A DNA stretch of 64,000 nucleotides from an uncultured delta proteobacterium (GCA_963826785.1 CAWGYD010000005.1:335664-399663); one strand, 5' to 3'. Shown: positions 11,016-21,033, numbered from the stretch's first letter. Numbers and translations: made by a program. The notes: generated by a model from the letters alone, not told the origin.

Positions 11016-11225
11016 ATGATACATAAATTTTCAATATTTCCGTTCAGAAGATCGGCAAAACGAACGTCGGTGCTTCCCATGGATTTCGGAACCATGTACT
11101 TTTTATATCCTTCTGAGAGTTCATATTTTTATGGCATCGAATCCATGGGCATCGCCGGCCGGGTCGTCCGCGCCCTCAAAAGCCTGACTTGCAAAAAAAG
11201 TGGATGCGGATGTGAATTATTATAA
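11016..11225 (+). CDS. Small hypothetical protein (69 aa) with C-terminal CKKSGCGC
   Basis: AAGGAG RBS at 11001-11006; lies between a sigma-54 promoter and a strong terminator; family not recognised. Confidence 0.6.
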   Translation: MIHKFSIFPFRRSAKRTSVLPMDFGTMYFLYPSESSYFYGIESMGIAGRVVRALKSLTCKKSGCGCELL

Positions 11226-11300
11226 AAACGATCCGACCTTCTTTTAAAATCGATGCGCTAAATTAAGGTCTTATATTCCCCCCTCCTGTTTTTAAACAGG

Positions 11301-11351
11301 TGCACAAAAAAAAGCCGGAAGCCTTGCGGGGTTCCGGCTTTTTTTTGTGCA
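11301..11351. terminator. Bidirectional intrinsic terminator
   Basis: TGCACAAAAAAAAGCCGGAA...TTCCGGCTTTTTTTTGTGCA between convergent genes. Confidence 0.88.
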
Positions 11352-11401
11352 ATTGATCTTTGTCATCTGATTTTGGACAAGCTGGTCATCGAAAAACCGG
11401 T

Positions 11402-12055
11402 CTAAGGGTTTGCTGTCTTGCCGGGACTGATGGCATTTGCCGTTTCGGCGATGACCGCTTTTGATATTCGGGAAACGCCGGTGCTCATGGACTGGGCCAA
11501 TCCCAGGGGGTTATTCTGGTCAAGGGGAACCCGGGCGTTAAAAGTCTTTTGAAAGCATATTTTCTTGCCGGGATCGGATTCGTTTTCACGGGTCAGGGTC
11601 AGGGTGACGGAGGCAATGGCATTCCATTTTCCGTCCTGGTCCTGCTCATAAAATTTTCCGACAAACCCCTGGAGGCGGTGGGTGGGTGCATGGGACCCGG
11701 AGAGATTTACGGCGGAAAAGAGGTTGGATGCACGCAGATCTCTGGCCAAATCTGCCGTCACCATCTCTGCAGGCGGTATAATCCACATGAAATAGGTGTA
11801 GAAGTTTTCGGTGTAAGAACCCGAACTGTAGATGATCCGGTTGGAGTTATAGGGGGGGAGCGCGGTGAGCGGATCGATGGCCAGTATATAGGGCAGAGGG
11901 CTTTCCCGAACCGGCGGCGGCGGCGGATAATCCAGGGTATAATATTTGATGGGGAGCTTCTGGGTGGATTTGCCGATACAGCCGGAAAGAGAAACGAACA
12001 GGCCGGCGGCTGCCAGGATCATCAGGAACATAAAGAGCCGGGTTTTGGTATTCAT
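11402..12055 (-). CDS. ABC-transport auxiliary lipoprotein (PqiC/DUF330-like)
   Basis: Lipobox LSGC, YYTLDY, W..PPAEMV; last gene of an MCE cluster. Confidence 0.82.
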   Translation of the reverse strand: MNTKTRLFMFLMILAAAGLFVSLSGCIGKSTQKLPIKYYTLDYPPPPPVRESPLPYILAIDPLTALPPYNSNRIIYSSGSYTENFYTYFMWIIPPAEMVTADLARDLRASNLFSAVNLSGSHAPTHRLQGFVGKFYEQDQDGKWNAIASVTLTLTRENESDPGKKICFQKTFNARVPLDQNNPLGLAQSMSTGVSRISKAVIAETANAISPGKTANP

Positions 12056-12059
12056 GGGA

Positions 12060-13049
12060 TCACTCCTGAAACGGCTGAATCGGTTTTTCCGGAGGCGGTT
12101 TGGAAAACAGCAGAGACGACGGCTGATTCCGGAGTTCCTGTATCAGACCGCTCAGGTTTTCGGCAGCGGAACTGATCTGGTTCATGGTCGAACGGATTTT
12201 CTGATCAAACTGATCCAGTTGGGTGTTGGATGTCACCACCGTGGATTGGATTTCCCGAAGCAGCGCGGAAGCCTGTTTCGCCGCAGTCTGAAATTCATCC
12301 AGGGACCGTGTCAGATTCTCGGACTGCCGGACCACGGACTGATCGATCCGGCTGACCGTCTGTCTGGAGGCAGACAGCAGTTGATTGGCATTCGCTCCGG
12401 TTTCCTGAATCATTTTATTGAGTTTATTCCATTTTTCAGGATCAAGGATCGCGTTGGCATTTTCAAGGGTATTGATGACCTGATCGGAAATCTGCCGGAC
12501 CCTGGCTTCTTTCAGGGTCTGGTTGGTCAGGTTGAGCGTTTCTGAGATGCTTTCGGATATGCCTTTGAAATCGATCTGCTTTAAATTATTGATGATATCG
12601 GAGACGTCCGAGAGCATCTGCTGGATATTCGAGGGGCGGGTGGGAATCACCGGATATTTGGGTTCGAAGCTCAGTTTGGGCGGGATGGGCACGCCCCCCT
12701 GCCGCTGGCGTTCGAGTTCCACGTACATGATGCCGGTAATCCCGACGGCCTTGAGCCTGGCGACCATGTAGTCGATTTCCTTTAGCGGTTCATCCAGGTT
12801 GATGACAATCCGGACCAGGTTTCCATCCGGCGCGACTCCGATGCTTTGCACCCGGCCCACCGCAACACCGCGGTACTTTACGGGTGAATCCTCTTTGAGC
12901 CCCTGGACGGATTCATCGAAAAAGGCGACGTATTTTCGTCCCTCCTTCAAATACTGGAACATGCCCAACCAGAAAACAAACAGGACGACAACCGACATCC
13001 CGATCAGGACAAAAAGACCAACGGCAAATTTGGTTCGAATCGACGGCAT
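12060..13049 (-). CDS. MCE/MlaD-family protein with long helical C-terminal region
   Basis: N-terminal TM (VGLFVLIG), ESVQGL...VKYRGVAVGRV, GITGIMYVEL, C-terminal NQPSSLLF. Confidence 0.9.
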   Translation of the reverse strand: MPSIRTKFAVGLFVLIGMSVVVLFVFWLGMFQYLKEGRKYVAFFDESVQGLKEDSPVKYRGVAVGRVQSIGVAPDGNLVRIVINLDEPLKEIDYMVARLKAVGITGIMYVELERQRQGGVPIPPKLSFEPKYPVIPTRPSNIQQMLSDVSDIINNLKQIDFKGISESISETLNLTNQTLKEARVRQISDQVINTLENANAILDPEKWNKLNKMIQETGANANQLLSASRQTVSRIDQSVVRQSENLTRSLDEFQTAAKQASALLREIQSTVVTSNTQLDQFDQKIRSTMNQISSAAENLSGLIQELRNQPSSLLFSKPPPEKPIQPFQE

Positions 13050-13130
13050 TGCTGCCTATTCTTTTTCTAAAGGTTTAAAAATATAATCTACCAATCTTAT
13101 TCAATTTTAAGACAAATGCAATTTTCTTTT

Positions 13131-13889
13131 TTAAATACCCGCCCTGCGCTGAAAAAATTTTCGCACCAGTGGATTGTCGCTCCCGGTTTTCAGCTCCCCG
13201 GGGCTCCCCCTGGCGATGATTTTCCGGGTGCCCTTATCCAGCATGATCACCTGGGATGCTACAGTGAAAATACTGTCCAGTTCATGGGTGACGATGATCA
13301 TGGTGGTCCCCAGCTGACGATTGATTTCTAAAATAAGTTCGTCGATTTCCGCTGCGGTGATGGGGTCGAGCCCGGCCGAAGGCTCATCCAGGAAAAGGAT
13401 CTGGGGGTTTAATGCAAGTGCACGGGCCAGGCCGGCCCGTTTTTTCATGCCGCCGCTGATTTCAGCAGGGGTGTGATCCTCATAGCATTCCAATCCCACC
13501 AGGGAGAGCTTCATCCGGACCATGCTGGCAATGGCGCTTTTGGAAAGGGAGGTGAACTCGGCAATGGGAAGGGCGATATTTTCGCCAATGGTCATGGAGC
13601 CGATCAATGCGCTGCCCTGGAATAGAACCCCGATGTTTCGCAGCGCCTGGTGAAACTGCTTTTCCGAACAGGTGGCGATATCCACTCCGTCGATGTGAAC
13701 ATGTCCGGAAAGCGGATTCTCAAGTCCGACCATCTGGCGCAGCAATGTACTTTTTCCGGAACCGCTGCCGCCCAGGATACCGAAAATCTCTCCTTTCTCC
13801 ACGGAGAATGAAATGTGGTCCAGGATCAGGAAATTCCCGTATTGAACCACCAGATCTTCGACTTGGATGATTTCGGATGAACGGTTCAT
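13131..13889 (-). CDS. MlaF/Ttg2A-type ABC ATP-binding protein
   Basis: GGSGSGKS, ISGGMKKRAGLARALAL, LDEPSAGLDP, VTHEL. Confidence 0.92.
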   Translation of the reverse strand: MNRSSEIIQVEDLVVQYGNFLILDHISFSVEKGEIFGILGGSGSGKSTLLRQMVGLENPLSGHVHIDGVDIATCSEKQFHQALRNIGVLFQGSALIGSMTIGENIALPIAEFTSLSKSAIASMVRMKLSLVGLECYEDHTPAEISGGMKKRAGLARALALNPQILFLDEPSAGLDPITAAEIDELILEINRQLGTTMIIVTHELDSIFTVASQVIMLDKGTRKIIARGSPGELKTGSDNPLVRKFFQRRAGI

Positions 13890-13890
13890 T

Positions 13891-15030
13891 TCATCTCCAC
13901 TGACTCCGGATCACGGCAAAAACAGAGTCAAACAGGATGATCAAAAAGATGCTGGTGACCACGGCGGATGTGGCGGCGTTTCCCACTGCCGAAGCCCCGC
14001 CCTTGGCTTGAAATCCTCTCAGGCAGCCCACTGCGGCGATCAGAGAAGCAAACACAAATGACTTGAACAACCCCCACAGCAGTTCGAAAAGGGTGAGGGT
14101 GGCGATGGTCTGGCTGATGTAGGTCCCGGCGGTGAGATCGAGCATGGTGATGCCGATCATCAGCCCCCCGCTGATGGCAAATACATTGGAAAACATGGCC
14201 AGCAGCGGAATGACCAGAACGGCGGCGATCAGCCGGGGGATCGCCAGGAATAATACAGGGTCAAATCCCATGGTGATCAACGCGTCGATTTCCTCGGAAA
14301 TCTTCATGGAACTGATTTCCGCCGCATACGCGGAACCCGATCGTCCCGCCACGATGATGGCGGTCATGATGGGCCCGAGTTCGGATACCATGGCCATGGC
14401 CACCAGGGATGCCACATAAATATTGGCGCCAAACGGCTTGAGCTGGAGCGATGACATGAAGGCCATGATCAGCCCCAGCAGAAAACTGATCAGTGCCACC
14501 ACCGGCAGGGCATCCACTCCGGTGGTTTTCATGTGCCAGACGATATCTTCCCCCCGAAGGGATTTGGGTTTCTGAAAGATCCGGGCGGCCGCCAGCACGA
14601 TGGACCCAATAAAGTCGACAAAAAATTTGAGGCCGGCAAATATGCGGATGGTGGCTTCCCCGAGTTCGACGATCAGGTTCTGGCGGGTCCGGCCGGATGA
14701 AAGGGGGCAGTGCTGGTCGACATCAAAGTGGACCATCTCGGCGATTTTTTTGAAATTGTCGGGTGCATTTTGGATGACAAACCGGTCCATTTTCATATCC
14801 AGCATGTGCTTGACCTCATAGAGGACCAGCGCGCCGTAATCATCCATGTGCGTAACCGATGTCAGATCAAACCGTATCGTTTCTCCCGGGTAATCCTTGA
14901 GCCGCAGCGAAAGTGCCTTTAGCGCGTCTGCTGCCGTCTGGATGGTGAATTCGCCGGAAAGCGAAATGGTCCACCCGGTATTGGCATCTTCGGAAACGTC
15001 GAAGTCGAATGTGTCGAAATGGGCGACCAT
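13891..15030 (-). CDS. MlaE-family permease with N-terminal STAS domain
   Basis: STAS DLTSVTHMDDYGA; ELGPIMTAIIVAGRSGSAYAAEI, EEIDAL, VGNAATSAVV. Confidence 0.92.
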   Translation of the reverse strand: MVAHFDTFDFDVSEDANTGWTISLSGEFTIQTAADALKALSLRLKDYPGETIRFDLTSVTHMDDYGALVLYEVKHMLDMKMDRFVIQNAPDNFKKIAEMVHFDVDQHCPLSSGRTRQNLIVELGEATIRIFAGLKFFVDFIGSIVLAAARIFQKPKSLRGEDIVWHMKTTGVDALPVVALISFLLGLIMAFMSSLQLKPFGANIYVASLVAMAMVSELGPIMTAIIVAGRSGSAYAAEISSMKISEEIDALITMGFDPVLFLAIPRLIAAVLVIPLLAMFSNVFAISGGLMIGITMLDLTAGTYISQTIATLTLFELLWGLFKSFVFASLIAAVGCLRGFQAKGGASAVGNAATSAVVTSIFLIILFDSVFAVIRSQWR

Positions 15031-15233
15031 GGATCAGGTGAAATCCGTTAGGGGAAAATGCGGCCGGTTATCGGAATCGCAGCCCATCTTCGCATTGACA
15101 ATTTTTCCTGCTTTGGCTTTTTCTCTTGTTGATTGATGTATCATATTAAAATATGAAACCAATATCAACCTGTTCTGTTGACTGGTGATGTATATCCGAT
15201 TAAGTGTAAGCCCATTTCGAGAAAGGACCAACG

Positions 15234-16376
15234 TTGGACGACAGCAGAAAAGACAGCAGCCAGGAGCTGGACGGGCTTCGCCGTCAGATTGATGAAATTG
15301 ATGAGCAGCTGGTACAACTTCTGGCCGAACGGCAAAAGCAGGTCGGGCGGGTCGTTGAACTGAAAAAACGCTACAGCCTGCCGGTTTATCATCCGGCGCG
15401 GGAGGAAGACGTGATCACCGGCCGCCGGGAGCAGGCCCGCCGGATGGGCCTGAATCCCGATTTTGTGGAGGAGCTGTATCGCATCATTATCCGGCAGTCG
15501 CGAATCGAGCAGTCCGGGCACCTGGCGCGAAAGGCCATCCGGCCCGGTGCGGCCGTGCTGATCGTTGGCGGACACGGTGAGATGGGGCGCTATTTTGCCC
15601 GATGCTTCGACGCGGCCGGATACGAGGTTCGGCTCATGGGGCGCAACGACTGGGATCGTATCGAATCCCTGTGCACCGGAATCGATATGGCCATGGTATC
15701 GGTTCCCATCGAATCCACCGCCGAAATTATTGATCGGCTGGGGCCCCATCTGCCTTCACATGCGGTGCTCACCGATATTACCAGCATCAAATCGGAGCCG
15801 CTGAAATCCATGCTTTGTGCGCATTCCGGGCCGGTACTGGGGCTGCATCCCCTGTTCGGCCCCACCCCGGCATCCCTGGACAAGCAGATTATCGTGGCCA
15901 CGCCCGGAAGGGACCAGGAGAAATACCAGTGGATCCTCGACCAGTTCGCGGCCTGGGGAGCCGTGGTCGTGATCTCCGATCCTGACGAGCACGATGAGGT
16001 GATGTCCGTGGTGCAGGCCCTGCGCCATTTTGCCACCTTCTCCTTCGGCCAGTTCCTGGCGAAAAGAAACGTCCCGCTGGCCAGGACCCTGGAATTTTCG
16101 AGTCCGATTTACCGGCTGGAACTGGGCATGGTGGGCCGTCTGTTCGCCCAGGATGCCGCCTTGTATGCAGAGATCATCTTCTCCTCCAAAAAGCGCTTGG
16201 AATTGCTCAAGTCTTACATAGAAGGCCTGAGCGCCAATATGTCCATGCTGGAATCGGGCGACAAGGCCGATTTCATCGCGCAGTTCAATCAAATAGCGGA
16301 GTGGTTCGGGCCTTTCGGCGAACAAGCCATGCGGGAGAGTTCTTTTCTGATTGACAAGCTGATCGAACGCTTTTGA
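15234..16376 (+). CDS. tyrA: Bifunctional chorismate mutase / prephenate dehydrogenase (T-protein)
   Basis: AroQ domain LRRQIDEIDEQL...RE, Rossmann GGHGEMG, DITSIK, HPLFGP, HDEVMSVVQALRHF, SSPIYRLEL; TTG start. Confidence 0.92.
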   Translation: MDDSRKDSSQELDGLRRQIDEIDEQLVQLLAERQKQVGRVVELKKRYSLPVYHPAREEDVITGRREQARRMGLNPDFVEELYRIIIRQSRIEQSGHLARKAIRPGAAVLIVGGHGEMGRYFARCFDAAGYEVRLMGRNDWDRIESLCTGIDMAMVSVPIESTAEIIDRLGPHLPSHAVLTDITSIKSEPLKSMLCAHSGPVLGLHPLFGPTPASLDKQIIVATPGRDQEKYQWILDQFAAWGAVVVISDPDEHDEVMSVVQALRHFATFSFGQFLAKRNVPLARTLEFSSPIYRLELGMVGRLFAQDAALYAEIIFSSKKRLELLKSYIEGLSANMSMLESGDKADFIAQFNQIAEWFGPFGEQAMRESSFLIDKLIERF

Positions 16377-16384
16377 CGCAAGAC

Positions 16385-17212
16385 ATGGAATTTATCAAGT
16401 ACCACGACTTCGGGCCGGTCAAATCCTGCGAACTGGGATGGTCGCCGGCAGGACGCCCTTTAATGACGGTGCACTGCTTTATTCTGGGCAGCATCCTGAT
16501 CGATACCGGTCTTTCCCACATGCAGGCTTACGTCCTGAATCTGGTAAAGCAATATCGAATCTCGCAGGTGCTGCTGACGCACCATCACGAGGATCACAGC
16601 GGCAATGCCGCGGCCATTGCCCAGGCATTCGGCATTCCGGTTTTGGGGCATCCGGAAACCGTTCGCAAAATGCGGGGTCCCCGTAAAATGCTGCCGTATC
16701 AGCACCTGATGTGGGGGCGTGCCATGCCCCTTGAGATGCGGGAGGTGCCGGCCATTGTCGATACGGGAAAACACCGGCTGACGCCGATCCATACCCCCGG
16801 GCACAGTCGGGACCATACCGTTTACCTCGCACCGGAGTTGGGAATCCTCTTTTCCGGTGATCTTTATCTTTCCGATCGGATCAAGTATTTCCGCTCCGAT
16901 GAACAGATCGGGGACCAGATCCGTTCCCTGAAACACATCCTATCCCATGATTTTGAGATCCTTTTATGCAATCACCGGCCCCAACTGACCCGGGGGCGGA
17001 TTCACCTGGCCAGGAAACTGCAGTATCTGGAGGACTTCAAAGGAAACGTAGCGGGTCTGGCCGAAAAGGGGATGACTGCATCGGCCATCATGCAAAAGCT
17101 GCGCTTGCAGGAGCAGCATCTGGTCAAATGGATCTGCTTTGGCAATGTCAGCATGAAGCAGATGGTCCGGTCGGTAATATCCGATCACCGGCAAACATCA
17201 TCAAGCAGATAA
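16385..17212 (+). CDS. Metallo-beta-lactamase-fold hydrolase
   Basis: LIDTG, THHHEDHSG, TPGHSRDH, FSGDL; start 16373 (TTG) or 16385 (ATG). Confidence 0.88.
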   Translation: MEFIKYHDFGPVKSCELGWSPAGRPLMTVHCFILGSILIDTGLSHMQAYVLNLVKQYRISQVLLTHHHEDHSGNAAAIAQAFGIPVLGHPETVRKMRGPRKMLPYQHLMWGRAMPLEMREVPAIVDTGKHRLTPIHTPGHSRDHTVYLAPELGILFSGDLYLSDRIKYFRSDEQIGDQIRSLKHILSHDFEILLCNHRPQLTRGRIHLARKLQYLEDFKGNVAGLAEKGMTASAIMQKLRLQEQHLVKWICFGNVSMKQMVRSVISDHRQTSSSR

Positions 17213-17340
17213 CTGATCCTTTTAGAGGCTTCCGCGTGCAGCCAAAAGTCTTCGTCCAAAGCAGATGACCCGTCAAGAGACTGTCATTTAATGCCAGGCC
17301 AAAAACATCCTCCGCAATAGCGGGAACTGCAACCTTCCCG

Positions 17341-19170
17341 CTACAGGCCGCCGGATCTGAACTTTTGAACCTGGTCCCGGTAATAGGACTTGTTCGACCC
17401 GGCCAGGCGCAGGGCATCCTCGCTGGTGGACAGGGCCTTTTGAATATCGCCATTGACGTAATAGGCCTCTGCCAGGGTATCGAGGATGTGCGCCTCCGGA
17501 GACAAACTGGCCGCTCGTTTGGCCAGTTGCAGCGCTTTTTGCGGATGCCGGCAATCCGGCTGGGGGCAGGTGGCATACAGCCAGGCCAGGTTGTTCAGTG
17601 CACGGACATGGTCCGGATCGATGGCAATGGCCTTCTGGTAGGCGGCAATGGTCTTGCCGAAGTCTTCCTCGCTGTAATAGATGTCTCCCAGGACCTGGTA
17701 CAGGTCTGCATTGTCCGGCTGGGCTTCAATCTGATGGATCACAATGTTTTTTAACAGACCGGTGTTGAGCGTTTCGGCGGTCGCGCCGAAATTGAGCTGA
17801 TATCCCGCCCAGCCGGCCAGGATCAAGCCGACCGCATACAAGAGGATGGTGCTTTTGATTTTGCGGTCCTGGCGCTTCACCCATCGGCGGTCCTGCTGAC
17901 TCTTTTCAAGGTAATCGATTCTTTCCTGCAGGCTGAAATGGTGCCAGTTGGGCCGGTCCTTGGGCTGCCCGCTAGTGGATGCGATTTTCTCGAAAGTGGT
18001 CACCAGGGGCTGGGCGCTTCCCATGATTGAAAGCGCGTGCAGATCGGCCTGGCGCTCGAAATTGCGCATGAAAAACCCGAACACATACCGAAAATAGAGC
18101 AGAAACACGACAATCATGACGAAGCTGAACGTAATGGAGATGAAGGTATTATAATTTGCGCCTTTATCCGCTATTCCATAAACGGCCTCGGCATAGAGGA
18201 TCAGGTAGATGATGAAATTCAGCAGGGAAAAGGCGATCACCAGGTATCCGGCAAAAAAGATCAGATAAAACAGCAGATGTTTTTTCTGGATATGACCGAT
18301 TTCGTGGGCCACCACCGCGTCGATCTCCAGCGGGTCCAGCTGCCGGAGAAGGGCAGGGGTCACCAGGATGTACCGGAATCGCTTGATCAGCCCCATGACC
18401 CCGGCGGTAATGGCCCGGCCGCCGAACAGGGGCCAGATCATGATGTCCCGGTATTTCATGCCGGCTCTTTCACAAAGCGATTCGATCCTGTGCCGCGTCA
18501 GGCCGGGTTTCAATGGCCGGCATCCCCAGAACCACTGAATCATCCAGGGGCCGATAATGGCCAGGAGCAAAAGGAAGAACAGGAAATAGCCGATCTGCCC
18601 GGCCGGGGACATGAGCAGCGCTTTTGGCCCCTCAAAGGGGAGCAGGTTGATCAGGTCGGCAGTGGCGGACAAAAACAGCCATGGCAGCAGCACCGGCAGG
18701 GAGAAAAAAATGTTGGAAAGTACGTATTCCCGGAGGCTCCCGCCGGTTCTGTAAATCCGTTCATGGGCGCCGTAGGCGAAGATCCATACCAGGGTCAGAT
18801 ACCCGACAAAAAGTGCCAGAAACAACAGCGCTTCCAGTGTGGGAACCTGTTTGACCACCGGCAGGCGGTACAGCAGCACCCCGATGTTGACCACATAGAC
18901 ATCCAGCGCAAAGACCAGGAGGGAAAGGAAGTACAGACGGGTCAGGGTCTGATGAAACAGGTGGTCCAGATCCCTTAAGTGCAGCCGTTCGACCCGGGAC
19001 CGGACCCTGCGGAACTGAAGCCAGGAAAAAAAGGCAAAGGAGGCGATCAGAGCCAGAAATAAAAAAATCGTGCGCCAGACCGGAAATTGGGGATCATCTG
19101 CGGGCTGATAGGTGGAGTAGATCAGAAGGGCGATGATGTAATATAAGAAATTGCCGAACATGGAGATCAC
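17341..19170 (-). CDS. M48 (HtpX/Ste24-like) membrane zinc peptidase with C-terminal TPRs
   Basis: Multiple TMs, AHEIGH, ERQAD, C-terminal ALNNLAWLYAT and HILDTLAEAYY TPR motifs. Confidence 0.88.
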   Translation of the reverse strand: MISMFGNFLYYIIALLIYSTYQPADDPQFPVWRTIFLFLALIASFAFFSWLQFRRVRSRVERLHLRDLDHLFHQTLTRLYFLSLLVFALDVYVVNIGVLLYRLPVVKQVPTLEALLFLALFVGYLTLVWIFAYGAHERIYRTGGSLREYVLSNIFFSLPVLLPWLFLSATADLINLLPFEGPKALLMSPAGQIGYFLFFLLLLAIIGPWMIQWFWGCRPLKPGLTRHRIESLCERAGMKYRDIMIWPLFGGRAITAGVMGLIKRFRYILVTPALLRQLDPLEIDAVVAHEIGHIQKKHLLFYLIFFAGYLVIAFSLLNFIIYLILYAEAVYGIADKGANYNTFISITFSFVMIVVFLLYFRYVFGFFMRNFERQADLHALSIMGSAQPLVTTFEKIASTSGQPKDRPNWHHFSLQERIDYLEKSQQDRRWVKRQDRKIKSTILLYAVGLILAGWAGYQLNFGATAETLNTGLLKNIVIHQIEAQPDNADLYQVLGDIYYSEEDFGKTIAAYQKAIAIDPDHVRALNNLAWLYATCPQPDCRHPQKALQLAKRAASLSPEAHILDTLAEAYYVNGDIQKALSTSEDALRLAGSNKSYYRDQVQKFRSGGL

Positions 19171-19715
19171 GCGCCCCGGTTTTTTCCGGAGGGGCAGAAC
19201 CGCTCCTTTTCACTGTATATGCATCCGCAATACGGCTGCCGGTACATTTCCATGGCCTTGGAAGCGGCGATCCCTTCCTTCCATCCGACCCTGAAATCCT
19301 CGTAGTAAAATTCAACGCCGATGTTTTTCCCCACGGATTCGCCGATGGAGCGGATGAGATCATGCTTTTGAAATTTGCTGTAGAGCAGGGTGGTGGTGAA
19401 ATGGGAAAACCGCCCTTTTCTGGCAATATGGGCGGCAGCGGTCAATCGTTCGAAATAGCAGATCCGGCAGCGGTCTCCTTCCCTGAATACGATTTTGCGC
19501 AAAAAACCCTCCACATCATATCCCTGCTCGTACACCACCTTGATGTCCTGTTTCCGGGCATACGCTTCCAGGGTCTGGCGGCGTTTCTCCGATTCGGTGA
19601 AGGGATGGATGTTATGGGGGTAAAAATATCCCATCAGTTCGACATTTTTCCGCCTGAGTGACGCAATGGGGTAGATGGCACATGGGGCGCAACAGATATG
19701 GACCAGCATTTTCAT
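19167..19715 (-). CDS. queH: Epoxyqueuosine reductase QueH (DUF208)
   Basis: HICCAPC, NIHP, RCRICY..RL, FTTTL, YRQPYCGCIYS. Confidence 0.92.
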   Translation of the reverse strand: MKMLVHICCAPCAIYPIASLRRKNVELMGYFYPHNIHPFTESEKRRQTLEAYARKQDIKVVYEQGYDVEGFLRKIVFREGDRCRICYFERLTAAAHIARKGRFSHFTTTLLYSKFQKHDLIRSIGESVGKNIGVEFYYEDFRVGWKEGIAASKAMEMYRQPYCGCIYSEKERFCPSGKNRGA

Positions 19716-20401
19716 GCGCGTTCTCCGAAAATGGCGGTCCCGATCCGCACCATGGTCGCGCCTTCTGCGATGGCGGCCGCAAAATCGCCGGTCATGCCCA
19801 TGGAAAGCGCTTCCATCCGGACATTTTCAATCCCGGATGATCCGATGTGGGCGCTCAGCCGGGATAAGGATTTAAAGTAGGGCCGGGCCTTTTCCGGGCA
19901 GTCGAAGAAGGGGGGCATGGTCATCAATCCCCGGATGGAAAGATGCTCCAACCGGCTGATGTCCGTGATCAGGGCGAGCGCATCGTCTTTGGCGACGCCG
20001 GCCTTGGACGGCTCTTCGGCAATATTGACCTGGATGAGAATCTGCTGGATCTTGCCCATCTTCTGCGCCTGTTTGTCGATTTCTGCGGCCAGTTTGAATC
20101 GGTCCACCGAATGGATCAGGTCGAAATGGCGGACGGCGTACGCGGCCTTTTTGGTCTGCAGGCGGCCGATGAAATGCCAGGATACCGGCTGATCGGCAAG
20201 GGCGTCGATTTTGGGAAGCGCTTCCTGGATATAGTTTTCACCCAGGGTGTCGATACCGGCCGCAATGCCCTGCCGGATCCGGTCCGCGGAAACGGTTTTG
20301 GTCACCGCGATCAGCCGGATTTGATCGGGATCACGGCCGCTGGCCAATGCCGCCTTACGGATTTCAGACCTGATTTGGATGACTGCCTCTTTTATGCTCA
20401 A
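19712..20401 (-). CDS. yggS: PLP homeostasis protein (YggS/PLPBP)
   Basis: LIAVTKT, GENYIQE, WHFIGRLQ, GLMTMPP, LSMGMTGDF, VRIGTAIFG. Confidence 0.95.
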   Translation of the reverse strand: MSIKEAVIQIRSEIRKAALASGRDPDQIRLIAVTKTVSADRIRQGIAAGIDTLGENYIQEALPKIDALADQPVSWHFIGRLQTKKAAYAVRHFDLIHSVDRFKLAAEIDKQAQKMGKIQQILIQVNIAEEPSKAGVAKDDALALITDISRLEHLSIRGLMTMPPFFDCPEKARPYFKSLSRLSAHIGSSGIENVRMEALSMGMTGDFAAAIAEGATMVRIGTAIFGERA

Positions 20402-21033
20402 CCATTTTCTCCCGGAAAGTGCATCGTCTGACCGGAGCCGGTGCCGAGTCGAACAACATTGTGGGCAAGCAGATGGTCAAAGAGCATGCATACCGGAAGG
20501 CCCACCACATTGGTGTAAGAGCCCCGGATCTGCCGCACCATAAACGATCCGATTCCCTGAATGCCGTATCCGCCGGCTTTGTCATAGGGTTCCCCGGTCC
20601 GGATATACCATTCGATCTCCGCTTCGGAAAGGATTTTAAAATCCACTTCCGTTGCTGCCGCATCCGTGTGGCTGTGGCGGCATTGTCGGCAAATCACCGA
20701 TATACCGGTATACACCCGGTGCGTTTTCCCGCTCAGCCGGTGCATCATGTTCCTGGCATCCTCGAGGGAAGACGGTTTCCCCAGTACCCGATCATCCACC
20801 ACAACGGCGGAATCGGCGCCGATTACCCAACTGGAAGGGTGAAGGTCTGCGATTTCTCCTGCCTTGGCGGCAGCAAGTGCCCTGACATAATGTGTCGGTT
20901 CGGGATGGGAAAACGCCTCTTCCTTGACCCGGCTCGGTATAATAGTAAACTGTAAGCCGAGCTTTTCAAGAAGCGCGCGACGCCTGGGGGACGCAGATGC
21001 CAGAATTAAATTTTCAGAATCGATCATTTTCAT
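20398..21033 (-). CDS. maf: Maf nucleoside triphosphate pyrophosphatase
   Basis: LILASASPRRR, IGADS, LGKP, LSGKTH, DKAGGYGIQG, NVVGLP. Confidence 0.94.
   Translation of the reverse strand: MKMIDSENLILASASPRRRALLEKLGLQFTIIPSRVKEEAFSHPEPTHYVRALAAAKAGEIADLHPSSWVIGADSAVVVDDRVLGKPSSLEDARNMMHRLSGKTHRVYTGISVICRQCRHSHTDAAATEVDFKILSEAEIEWYIRTGEPYDKAGGYGIQGIGSFMVRQIRGSYTNVVGLPVCMLFDHLLAHNVVRLGTGSGQTMHFPGENG

Noticed and set aside
11016..11225. RiPP precursor interpretation of the Cys-tailed small ORF
   Set aside because: No radical SAM, YcaO, LanM or peptidase-transporter genes adjacent
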